From an uncultured bacterium (GTDB lineage Bacteria; Lernaellota; Lernaellaia; Lernaellales; Lernaellaceae), in the NCBI GenBank assembly GCA_964534375.1, contig CAZHPN010000052.1, forward strand, positions 4,246 to 33,550: 29,305 nucleotides of DNA. The letters are read 5' to 3'. Positions 1-7,615 of this stretch are shown here, piece after piece. The first letter of the stretch is position 1; every line of letters begins with the position of its first letter. Below the pieces are notes generated by a model. The model was given only the letters and a program-made list of their open reading frames with translations. It did no database searches and had not been told where the DNA came from. The translations under genes were made by a program, and so were the position numbers.

Positions 1-216
1 GCCCTGGGACCGCCGGCGTCTCGCCGGCCCCGGTCATTCAATGCCGCCGCGGTCGACCGACCGCGGAAACCTGGGAGCGCGGGTGTCCCCACCCGCCCTG
101 GGACCGCCGGCGTCTCGCCGGCCCCGGTCATTCAATGCCGCCGCGGTCGGCCGACCGCGGAAACCTGGGACCGCGGGTGTCCCCACCCGCCCTGGGAGCG
201 CGCGGGTCCTCACCCG
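1..216. repeat. Tandem array of 94-bp units built from REP-like palindromes (BIME-like)
   Basis: Unit 1-94 recurs at 95-188 nearly identically, with a partial third unit from 189. Each unit has CTGGGA[C/G]CGC-headed hairpins (GCCGGCgtctcGCCGGC; GCGGGTGtcccCACCCGC) and CCGCGGTCGaccgaCCGCGG. Confidence 0.8.
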
Positions 217-326
217 TCTTTCAACGTGTCGCGCGGGCTCCGTCGAATTCCTTTTCGGCACAGCCGAGGGCGGCTGCGCCACACACCGGTCATGTCGCAA
301 TCGGTGTGCGGCGTGCCCCCACCGCC

Positions 327-433
327 TTGACACCACCCGCATTCCGTCCTACCCAGAAAACATCACCCGCCGCGCCGCTTCCATGATTACGGCGGGCGCC
401 GGAGGCGAACATGAGAGTCGGACGCAACGACCC
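327..433 (+). repeat. 107-bp direct repeat, copy 1 (TTGACA + GGAG RBS + start of the SEC-C gene)
   Basis: Aligns without gaps to 1972-2078; the ATG is 84 nt after TTGACA in both copies. Confidence 0.85.
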
Positions 434-1844
434 TTGCCCCTGCGGCTCGGGAAAAAAATACAAAAAATGCTGCCTGGGCAAGGACGAGGCTCCCGCGCCG
501 GGCGAGCGCACGATCGGCGAGATGGCGCGCGGCAAGGAGACGATCGACCATTCGGTCCGCGATGCCGGCCCGGCCGGCCGGCGCGCGCTGATGGACGACC
601 CCGACTGGCGCCCCCTCATCTTGCGACGTCTCGTCGCTTGGACCTACGAAGGCGGCCAAGACGCGGAATTGCAACGGGCCAGGGACCGCTTTGGCGATCA
701 CGCGTCGTGGGAAGATTGGGCGCACCGCATGATGCAGGACGCCGTCAGCGCGTGGATTCTTTTCCATCACATCACGGCGAACGGGCAAACGTTCGTCGAG
801 AACTATCTGACGGAATTCGGCGCCGACTATCCGGCGGCGGAGCGGGAATTTCTGGCCCGGCTCGCCGCGGAGCGGTTTCGCGTCGTGGAGGTTCAGGACG
901 TCCGCGTGAACGACGTGGTGACGATCAAAGACCTGTATACGGAGGAAGCGATCGACGTGCAGCCACGCTGGGGCGCCAACCTCCTGGCCCGGTGGGATTT
1001 GCTCGTCGTGCGGCTGCGAGCCTATCAAAACCATCTGGTGTTCGACGCGGCGATTCCGATCGATCGCACGTGGAAGCACCTCTTTTTCGAAGCGCTCGAT
1101 GAAAGCGTCGTCGATCTGAGAAAAAAGGTGGAACCGCGCGCCGATGCGTCCAGCGTCTTGACGATTCTTCTGCCCGAACTGATCGATCTAATTTTGGACG
1201 GCCATCGCCTCAGCCTGCGGCCGCCCGAGTTCCGAACCACCGATAACGAGGAACTCGTGTTCTGCAAGGCGACGTATCGCGTCGTCGATGCGCCGGCCGT
1301 GCGTGAGGCGCTGGCCAAGCACCGAAGTTTCGCGGCGGACGAGCGCGGCGGATTCACCTGGCTCTCCGGTCACCGGCGCAAAGGGCCGTTGGCGCCCGGG
1401 GAAATCGTGCTGGGCAACGTCGGCTTCACGGGCGACAAATTGGTCTTGGAGACGAAATCCAAAGAGCGCCTGAAAAAAGGCAAAACGTTGCTCGCAAAAA
1501 CCGCCGGCGCGCACCTGCAACACCTGGCGGACTCCTTCGAGGATCCGCAGCAGGCGCTCCAGGCCGATAAACACCCCGCGCCGCCTCCGGAATCGACGAT
1601 TCCGCCCGAGATCGAGCGGCAACTGCTCGCGCAGTTCCTCGACGATCATTATCGCAAATGGCCGGACGAAAAACTTCCCGCCCTGCGCGGCATGACGCCG
1701 CGCCAGGCGTCGCGGAACGCCGCGATGCGCCCGGTGCTCGTCGATCTGATAAAGAGCATCGAAAACCAATCGGCCCGGTCGCCGCAATCGCTCGCGTACG
1801 ATTTTAGCTGGATCTGGAAGGAATTGGGCCTCGACAAGAGCTGA
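411..1844 (+). CDS. SEC-C motif protein with C-terminal MbcA/ParS(DUF2384)-like motif
   Basis: N-terminal GRNDPCPCGSGKKYKKCC is the SEC-C zinc motif. C-terminal W-P-D-E-K-L-P-A-L-R-G-M-T-P resembles the Xre/MbcA/ParS toxin-binding domain motif. GGAGG RBS upstream. Confidence 0.8.
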   Translation: MRVGRNDPCPCGSGKKYKKCCLGKDEAPAPGERTIGEMARGKETIDHSVRDAGPAGRRALMDDPDWRPLILRRLVAWTYEGGQDAELQRARDRFGDHASWEDWAHRMMQDAVSAWILFHHITANGQTFVENYLTEFGADYPAAEREFLARLAAERFRVVEVQDVRVNDVVTIKDLYTEEAIDVQPRWGANLLARWDLLVVRLRAYQNHLVFDAAIPIDRTWKHLFFEALDESVVDLRKKVEPRADASSVLTILLPELIDLILDGHRLSLRPPEFRTTDNEELVFCKATYRVVDAPAVREALAKHRSFAADERGGFTWLSGHRRKGPLAPGEIVLGNVGFTGDKLVLETKSKERLKKGKTLLAKTAGAHLQHLADSFEDPQQALQADKHPAPPPESTIPPEIERQLLAQFLDDHYRKWPDEKLPALRGMTPRQASRNAAMRPVLVDLIKSIENQSARSPQSLAYDFSWIWKELGLDKS

Positions 1845-1971
1845 GCGCATTGTCCGTGGCGCCCGCTTGCCGCGCCTCCATCATCTGTAAGAGCGCCTTT
1901 CCAGGCGCGATCTGACGCGCGGGCGCGGCAAGCAGCGCCCCGCACCCCGGCCGGCGGACGCGCCGGCCGTC

Positions 1972-2078
1972 TTGACACCATCCGCATTCCATCCTACCCA
2001 GAAAACACCAATCGCCGCGCCGCTTCCATTATTACGGCGCGAACCGGAGTCGAACATGAAAATCGGACGCCACCACCC
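1972..2078 (+). repeat. 107-bp direct repeat, copy 2
   Basis: TTGACACCATCCGCATTCCATCCTACCCAGAAAAC...GGAGTCGAACATGAAAATCGGACGC matches 327-433. Confidence 0.85.
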
Positions 2079-2250
2079 GCCGCCGGCGCCGGCGACCCCC
2101 GCCGCCGCAGCCGACATCCCCGCCACGCCCGCCGCCCGCGGCTTCGCCGCCTGCCCCTGCCCAAAAACCAAGTGCGAATTTCATGACGACTGCCGCGCCT
2201 GCGTCGCCAAACATGCGCGAAAAGGGCGGGCGCCGAGGTGCGAAAGGTAG
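2056..2250 (+). CDS. Small (64 aa) Cys-rich putative metal-binding protein
   Basis: GGAG RBS then ATG. MKIGRHHP is a degenerate SEC-C start, followed by a Pro/Ala linker and CPCPKTKCEFHDDCRACVAKH..PRC. Confidence 0.5.
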   Translation: MKIGRHHPPPAPATPAAAADIPATPAARGFAACPCPKTKCEFHDDCRACVAKHARKGRAPRCER

Positions 2251-2276
2251 CGGCGGAGCCGGACGCTGCTGACCGA
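2155..2276 (+). repeat. 122-bp direct repeat, left copy (flanks the low-GC island)
   Basis: Ungapped match to 10688-10809 (shared ACCAAGTGCGAATTTCATGACGAC...GCGCCGAGGTGCGAA.GGTAG.GGCGGAGCC). Confidence 0.85.
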
Positions 2277-2380
2277 TTCCCGAATCCCGGAACCCGGACA
2301 ACGAATCCCGGACCCCGGACCCCGGAACCCGGAACCCGAGCCCGGACACCGGACCCCGAATCCCGAATCCCGAATCCCGA
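2277..2380. repeat. Degenerate heptamer tandem repeat (CGAATCC/GGAACCC/GGACCCC)
   Basis: 7-nt periodicity is directly visible. Confidence 0.8.
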
Positions 2381-2605
2381 CCGTGACCGGCAATTGCGCC
2401 GTCGCGTTCATGTTCGAGGTGGCGGCACGGACAAGGCGTGCTAACATAGGGTCGGCGTTCGGCAAGAAGCGCCGAAGGCGAAGAAACGGCAGGCGAGTGC
2501 TATCAAGTAATGCGTTGCCAGATTGTCCCATTGGCCAGAGCGGCTGAAAGTAAGTTGCATCTTCAACCTTCCGACCCAACGCGCAAAAAAAAACGCAAAC
2601 AGGCG

Positions 2606-2635
2606 TTGACACGGCCCCTTACTGGTGGTAAGAAT
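2606..2635 (+). promoter_or_regulatory. Putative sigma70 promoter of the island operon
   Basis: Perfect TTGACA at 2606-2611, TGGTAAGAAT 17-18 nt downstream, A-tract upstream, ~30 nt before the first ATG. Confidence 0.45.
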
Positions 2636-2665
2636 TTCTTACGGATCATCTTACGGGGGTTCGCA

Positions 2666-2938
2666 ATGGACAAGAAAGACATTCTGAAGGCGTTAATAGC
2701 CGCGATAGAAGCTGTTCAGGAGGAAAGCGGTGAAGAGCCTGTGGAAATAACTCTCGACACCATCCCGATGAGTGATCTGCCCGGATTTGAAAGCCTACGG
2801 TCATTCGAAGCCATTTCGGTTTTCGAGGAGAAACTAAATTTAGAACTCCCGGAGAATCCTTTTCTAGACGCTCACGGGTCCATGAGTATTCGCGAACTTG
2901 CCGAGGTCGTTTACACGCGGATCGATACAAGGAACTAA
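2666..2938 (+). CDS. Acyl-carrier-protein-like small acidic protein (90 aa)
   Basis: ATG at 2666. Very acidic. DLPGFESL resembles the LGxDSL phosphopantetheine site, followed by ..FEEKLNLELP..SIRELAEVV typical of ACP helices II and IV. Confidence 0.7.
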   Translation: MDKKDILKALIAAIEAVQEESGEEPVEITLDTIPMSDLPGFESLRSFEAISVFEEKLNLELPENPFLDAHGSMSIRELAEVVYTRIDTRN

Positions 2939-2940
2939 AA

Positions 2941-3303
2941 ATGAAAGATGCCCCTACGACCAAAAAATCCGAACTTGCCAGACGTCTTCGAATCGCGAGG
3001 GAATGGGCTGGTCTTTCGCAATCGCAGGTCGCATTGAAATTGCAGCTACATCGCCCTACGATCTCGGAGTTGGAAGCCGGCAGACGAAAAGTGTCGGCCG
3101 AGGAACTGTTGCACTTTTCTAAGTTGTACGGCGTAAGTCTGTCTTGGCTGTCCGGCGAAGAAGAATCGTCATCACATAGTAATGACGTTCAAGTTGCTGC
3201 CCGGGAGTTGAGCAAACTTAAAAGTGAAGACCTGAAACGGTTACTCGACTTGCTCGCCGCCGTAAAGGAGGCAGGGGGCGCAGTAGATGAATCAAAGACG
3301 TGA
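2941..3303 (+). CDS. XRE-family HTH transcriptional regulator
   Basis: LARRLRIAREWAGLSQSQVA..LHRPTISELEAGRRKVS..ELLHFSKLYGVSLSWL is a classic HTH_3 pattern, with a C-terminal helical tail. Confidence 0.92.
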   Translation: MKDAPTTKKSELARRLRIAREWAGLSQSQVALKLQLHRPTISELEAGRRKVSAEELLHFSKLYGVSLSWLSGEEESSSHSNDVQVAARELSKLKSEDLKRLLDLLAAVKEAGGAVDESKT

Positions 3304-4156
3304 TCTCGCCAGACGCGCCGTGAGCGAGGCGTTGAAGGTGCGCCGGCGTTTAAACATTCCGCCGTGGGCGCCTATTTGTGTCTTCGACGCCGCTGAGAAT
3401 TTGGGCTTAGAGGTGCGTTTTCAGGACATCCCGAGCCTCGAAGGTTTATACTACAAGAGTTCTGCGCCGATCGTTTTTGTCTCTTCTCTTCGGCCGCCCG
3501 GAAGGCAAGCATTCACTTGCGGCCACGAAATCGGGCATTACATCTTCGATCACGGTAATCGAATCGATCAAGGACTTTCGGGTTCTTTTGATTCGGGCTC
3601 CGAAAGCGATCATGATGAATTGCTGGCAGATATTTTTTCTGGGTTCCTGCTCATGCCGCTGGCCGCCGTGAAAAAAGCGTTTTTCGTTCGCGGAATGAAT
3701 ATTTATGCCCCCAACGAACTCGACGTTTACAAGATTGCGAATTTTCTCGGCGTCGGTTATGAAACGCTTGTCTCTCACATGTGCTATGGTCTCAATGTTC
3801 TTGATCAAGCCGTGGCCAAGGATCTTTTGCGTTTTTCGCCGCAAGAGATCCGAAGTAGGTTCCTTGCGGATTCTAATGTTTTCAATATGGTGTTCGTCGA
3901 CCAGCATTGGATCGGGCGCGCGATCGACGCGCAGGTAAACGACATAATTGTCCTCCCGAAGCACAGCCAATTCGAAGGAACGTGCGTCTCCTTCGTCAAT
4001 GAAAGAGAATTTGGAAGTGTTTTTCGTTGTACGAAGCCCGGTCGAGGAAGATTTTTAGCTCAAACACAGGACTGGTCTGCCTTTGTACGAATCTCGCGTA
4101 CAAACTATATTGGAAGGGCCCTGTTCAGGCACGACGAGGACTCCGACTATGTATGA
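3287..4156 (+). CDS. ImmA/IrrE-family zinc metallopeptidase
   Basis: RQAFTCGHEIGH (HExxH) plus ELLADIFSGFLLMP (E..A..F...LLMP). Overlaps the XRE gene by 17 nt. Confidence 0.92.
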   Translation: MNQRRDLARRAVSEALKVRRRLNIPPWAPICVFDAAENLGLEVRFQDIPSLEGLYYKSSAPIVFVSSLRPPGRQAFTCGHEIGHYIFDHGNRIDQGLSGSFDSGSESDHDELLADIFSGFLLMPLAAVKKAFFVRGMNIYAPNELDVYKIANFLGVGYETLVSHMCYGLNVLDQAVAKDLLRFSPQEIRSRFLADSNVFNMVFVDQHWIGRAIDAQVNDIIVLPKHSQFEGTCVSFVNEREFGSVFRCTKPGRGRFLAQTQDWSAFVRISRTNYIGRALFRHDEDSDYV

Positions 4157-4934
4157 TCCGCTCGTTGTCTGCGAGTCAAATATTTCTATTGCATGGGCTC
4201 GACTTTTTCTCGCCGTCATGACGCCCGGAATAGAAGAGGTCGGTCCCGTTCTCGTGTGTTTAACCGTTCCGGACAACGGTGACGTGCGCACGGACACCTC
4301 TATTAGAGCAATGGTGGATAATCTACTCCGCGAAACCGACAACCAGTCGATTGACACTGTGGCAGCCACCATTTTCCCGATTTCCCTCTGGAACCCCGCG
4401 CGAGAGCGCGCTCTTCTATACGAACGATACGCTCGTATTTTCCGGAAGATAAAAAAGTGCCGGCAAAATGTGCGAGGAACTTATTTTCAACGATTGACTT
4501 CGTTCTCGCCGAATTGGACTGCCAGTGATTTTGATCCCGTCACACCGACGAATCAAATCGAGAATATTATTACTTTCTATAAGAGTGGGAACCACCGACG
4601 AAGCGCTCTTCAAGCGACGATTTTCGACCCGACGCGGGATCAGAAAAATCAGCGACAGACCCCATTTCCTTGTTTGCAGCAGATCGCATTAGCGCCACTC
4701 GGTGAACGCGAGTTGAGTATGAACGCATTCTACGCGACACAATTTGTCGTTGAACGCGCCTACGGAAATTATCTTGGGCTCGTCAATCTCGGCCGGTTTT
4801 TTGCACATGAATTGGGGTTACAATTCCGACAACTTAACTGCTTCGTCGGCGTTGCCAAAAAGGGACGCATCAACAAGAGCGACCTGTTTTCCACCGAGAA
4901 ACACATTCGTACGTTGTTAGAAATGAAGGAGTAA
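4149..4934 (+). CDS. Divergent thymidylate-synthase-fold protein (261 aa)
   Basis: Start placed at ATG 4149, overlapping the upstream stop. NQIENII..RRSALQATIFDP..PFPCLQQI..AYGNYLGL..FFAHELGL follows the TS core with the catalytic PC. RSxD and HxY are absent. Confidence 0.7.
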   Translation: MYDPLVVCESNISIAWARLFLAVMTPGIEEVGPVLVCLTVPDNGDVRTDTSIRAMVDNLLRETDNQSIDTVAATIFPISLWNPARERALLYERYARIFRKIKKCRQNVRGTYFQRLTSFSPNWTASDFDPVTPTNQIENIITFYKSGNHRRSALQATIFDPTRDQKNQRQTPFPCLQQIALAPLGERELSMNAFYATQFVVERAYGNYLGLVNLGRFFAHELGLQFRQLNCFVGVAKKGRINKSDLFSTEKHIRTLLEMKE

Positions 4935-4940
4935 CCTAAA

Positions 4941-5861
4941 ATGTCTTTTTTAGGTACTGAAACCCTGCAATTAGTGCTTCCCGGTCTCGTGCGTCCGTTC
5001 GCTCCCGAGAGGATCGAATGCGGAGCATACGAATTGGGCCTTGGTTGCGAATATTTTATCACCACCGATGAGTGCAAAAAGACCCTAGCGGTAGGCGCGC
5101 AATTAGTAATTCCGCCAGGCCAATTAGCGTTGTTGATCTCTGCGGAGTCGGTTAGCGTGCCCTGCAATATGATGGCCTTCATTTCGATCAAGTCAACAAT
5201 GAAGCTCGGCGGGCTAATAAGCGTTTCTGGTTTTCATGTTGACCCCGGTTTTGTCGGCCACCTTAAATTCACGGTTTACAACGCCGGCAGTCAGCCTACT
5301 ATTCTCGATGTTGGGCAGCCGCTTTTTCTAATTTGGTATGCGATGCTTGATGCACCGACACTTTATACATATAAGGGAAAGAGCCAAAATCAGAACGAGA
5401 TCACTGCGGAGGACGTGAAGCGGTTGCGCGGGGCCGTCCTGTCTCCTCCGGAGCTAAACAAAAAGATCGAAACGACACAACGCGAGGTCGAACATCTCAA
5501 ATGGCGCTTCAATACCGTTGTTCGCGTTTTCGAAGCCTTATTCGTCTTATTCCTCGGTGCCGCCGTGATCGGTCTTGCGAGTCATTTTCTCCTCCAGTGG
5601 CTCGAACCAAACCATGCGCACTCACTCGGCAATCCAGTTCCCGCCAGCGCCGGTTTAGCAAACTACGCAGCCGGAAAGTCAAGTCCGCTGCCGCCGCCTA
5701 TAACGCCTCCGGAGGCAGGGCCTCCTAAAGATATGAACGCCTCGCCGCGCGGAGGCGACCAGTCCCCTGAACAGACGTTGTACAAGGCGTCCGGTGATCC
5801 GGACCGATCCGGCGGGAATCCACGATCTTCCTCCGCCAAAGGAACACAAACAAAAAAATGA
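4941..5861 (+). CDS. dCTP deaminase/dUTPase-fold protein with C-terminal TM helix and Pro-rich tail
   Basis: YELGLG..IPPGQLALLISAESVSVP..KST..GFHVDPGFVGHLKFTVYN..Y.YKGK is the trimeric Dcd/Dut pattern. Hydrophobic VFEALFVLFLGAAVIGLASHFLLQWL follows. AGGAG RBS. Confidence 0.8.
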   Translation: MSFLGTETLQLVLPGLVRPFAPERIECGAYELGLGCEYFITTDECKKTLAVGAQLVIPPGQLALLISAESVSVPCNMMAFISIKSTMKLGGLISVSGFHVDPGFVGHLKFTVYNAGSQPTILDVGQPLFLIWYAMLDAPTLYTYKGKSQNQNEITAEDVKRLRGAVLSPPELNKKIETTQREVEHLKWRFNTVVRVFEALFVLFLGAAVIGLASHFLLQWLEPNHAHSLGNPVPASAGLANYAAGKSSPLPPPITPPEAGPPKDMNASPRGGDQSPEQTLYKASGDPDRSGGNPRSSSAKGTQTKK

Positions 5862-7615
5862 AGAAGCGCGCGACCCGTAAGAATTCTCTTTTGATTGTGT
5901 TTGAGGGGCCGGACGGCGTAGGAAAGACGACGCTGGCCCGAGGTCTTTTGCGTTTGTTGGCGGCCGCGGGAACATCATGCAATTATTTTTCTTTCCCAGG
6001 CAAGGAACCGGGATCGCTTGGCAATCTTGTTTACAACGTTCACCATGATCCCACCTCCTATGGGCTATCCTCATTAACCGCCGCGGCTCTACAAGCGCTT
6101 CATGTGGCGGCGCACCTTGAGGCCATCGAAACCAAGATTGTTCCCGCTCTCCGTAGTGGAAATGTTGTTGTTTTGGACAGATTTTGGTGGTCAACGGTCG
6201 TCTATGGCTCAGGCAATGGGGCCTCGATTGACTTCCTTTCAGACCTTGTGATGGCAGAAAAGCGTTTTTGGCAAAATATTCGGCCGGATATTGTTTTTTT
6301 GATTCGCCGCGACGACCAAGTCGCACTAACCGACGATGTTTACTCGCAATTGGAAAAAAGCTACCTCGCATTGATGAAGGAAGAGAGCAAATATTACCCT
6401 ACGTCTGTAATCGACAACGATCACGACATCGATTGCACGTTGCGAAAAATCGGTTCAGTAATCGACAATTTATTTTCTTCCGAGGTCGCCACGAGGTCTG
6501 CGTTGGCGAAGACTTGTCATGTTGACGCGCCGGACAATCACAAAGGTGACCGGGCTCAAATGGCTCTCGGCATTTTATCGAGCGGGACGCCTGGGCGGCA
6601 AACTCACCCGTCGCGGACAGCCCCCGTGATCAGGAGCCTTCCGCCGGCAGTACCGTCCGTTGTTTACGACACTTATTGGACTTTTGCGGCGAAGCGACAG
6701 GACATATTTTTCAATCGATATAATGGGACAACAACGCCGTGGACTGACGATCCAATATTGGCGCGACATAAATTCACGAACGCATACAGAGCCTCTGATC
6801 GCGTCAGCCAGTACCTTATTAGAAACGTCATTTATAAAAACGGTCATTCACCCGAAGATACGTTTTTTAGGATTCTCTTATTTAAGCTGTTTAACCGGAT
6901 CGAAACCTGGGAAACCTTGGAAGATACCGTAGGGGAGATAACGTATTCAGACTTTTCGCTTTCGCGGTATGACAGAATATTAAAAGCGCTCATGGACGAT
7001 GGAAAGCGGATTTATTCCGCCGCTTATATTATGCCCTCCTCCACACGGTTTGGACTTGAGAAGAAGCACCAGAATCATTTGAGAATTCTTGAATTGATGA
7101 TGAAGAGCTCCGCGCCTTCGAGGGTCATGGAATCGAGATCAATGCGCGATGTGTTTGAAATCATGAAATCGTACCCTATGATCGGTGATTTTTTGGCATA
7201 CCAATATTCCATAGACATCAACTATAGCGAGCTTACCGATTTTTCTGAGAACGACTTTGTCGTCCCTGGTCCGGGAGCAAGAAACGGTATTCGCAAGTGT
7301 TTTTCGGATTGCGGCGGTCTTAACGAAATCGATCTGATTCGACTTGTTACGGACCGGCAGGAATTAGAATTTCATCGGCTGGGGCTTTCTTTTCAATCGC
7401 TTTGGGGACGCTGTTTGCATTTGATCGACTGTCAGAACCTGTTTTGCGAGGTCGATAAATACTCCCGCGTCGCGCACCCCGAAATAAAAGGCATTAACGA
7501 CCGGACAAGGATCAAGCAGAAGTTCGTTCCGAAGACCGACGCAATTCGTTTCTGGTTTCCTCCGAAGTGGGGAATCAACGGGAACATAGAGGCGGCGCAG
7601 CCGAAAAAAGAATGA
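5858..7615 (+). CDS. Fusion: thymidylate-kinase-like P-loop domain + 5-hmdU DNA kinase helical (aGPT-Pplase1-type) domain
   Basis: N-terminal IVFEGPDGVGKTT..VVVLDRF..PDIVFL (Tmk-like). C-terminal PWTDDPIL..KFTNAYR..DRVSQ, LLFKLFN, FLAYQ..D, GPGARNG, QN.FCEVDKY.R match the phage thymidine-hypermodification kinase family as recalled. Confidence 0.8.
   Translation: MKKRATRKNSLLIVFEGPDGVGKTTLARGLLRLLAAAGTSCNYFSFPGKEPGSLGNLVYNVHHDPTSYGLSSLTAAALQALHVAAHLEAIETKIVPALRSGNVVVLDRFWWSTVVYGSGNGASIDFLSDLVMAEKRFWQNIRPDIVFLIRRDDQVALTDDVYSQLEKSYLALMKEESKYYPTSVIDNDHDIDCTLRKIGSVIDNLFSSEVATRSALAKTCHVDAPDNHKGDRAQMALGILSSGTPGRQTHPSRTAPVIRSLPPAVPSVVYDTYWTFAAKRQDIFFNRYNGTTTPWTDDPILARHKFTNAYRASDRVSQYLIRNVIYKNGHSPEDTFFRILLFKLFNRIETWETLEDTVGEITYSDFSLSRYDRILKALMDDGKRIYSAAYIMPSSTRFGLEKKHQNHLRILELMMKSSAPSRVMESRSMRDVFEIMKSYPMIGDFLAYQYSIDINYSELTDFSENDFVVPGPGARNGIRKCFSDCGGLNEIDLIRLVTDRQELEFHRLGLSFQSLWGRCLHLIDCQNLFCEVDKYSRVAHPEIKGINDRTRIKQKFVPKTDAIRFWFPPKWGINGNIEAAQPKKE

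Noticed and set aside
1..216. CRISPR array
   Set aside because: The whole 94-bp unit repeats, so there are no unique spacers, and there are no cas genes in the window.
41..1102. 353-aa Arg/Gly-rich ORF
   Set aside because: It reads through the repeat array and overlaps the SEC-C gene out of frame, with no recognisable motifs.
2510..2665. N-terminal extensions given by the ORF track (also 4083, 7567, 18232, 21149, 21323, 23486, 25650)
   Set aside because: Downstream starts fit RBS position, gene overlaps and domain boundaries better.
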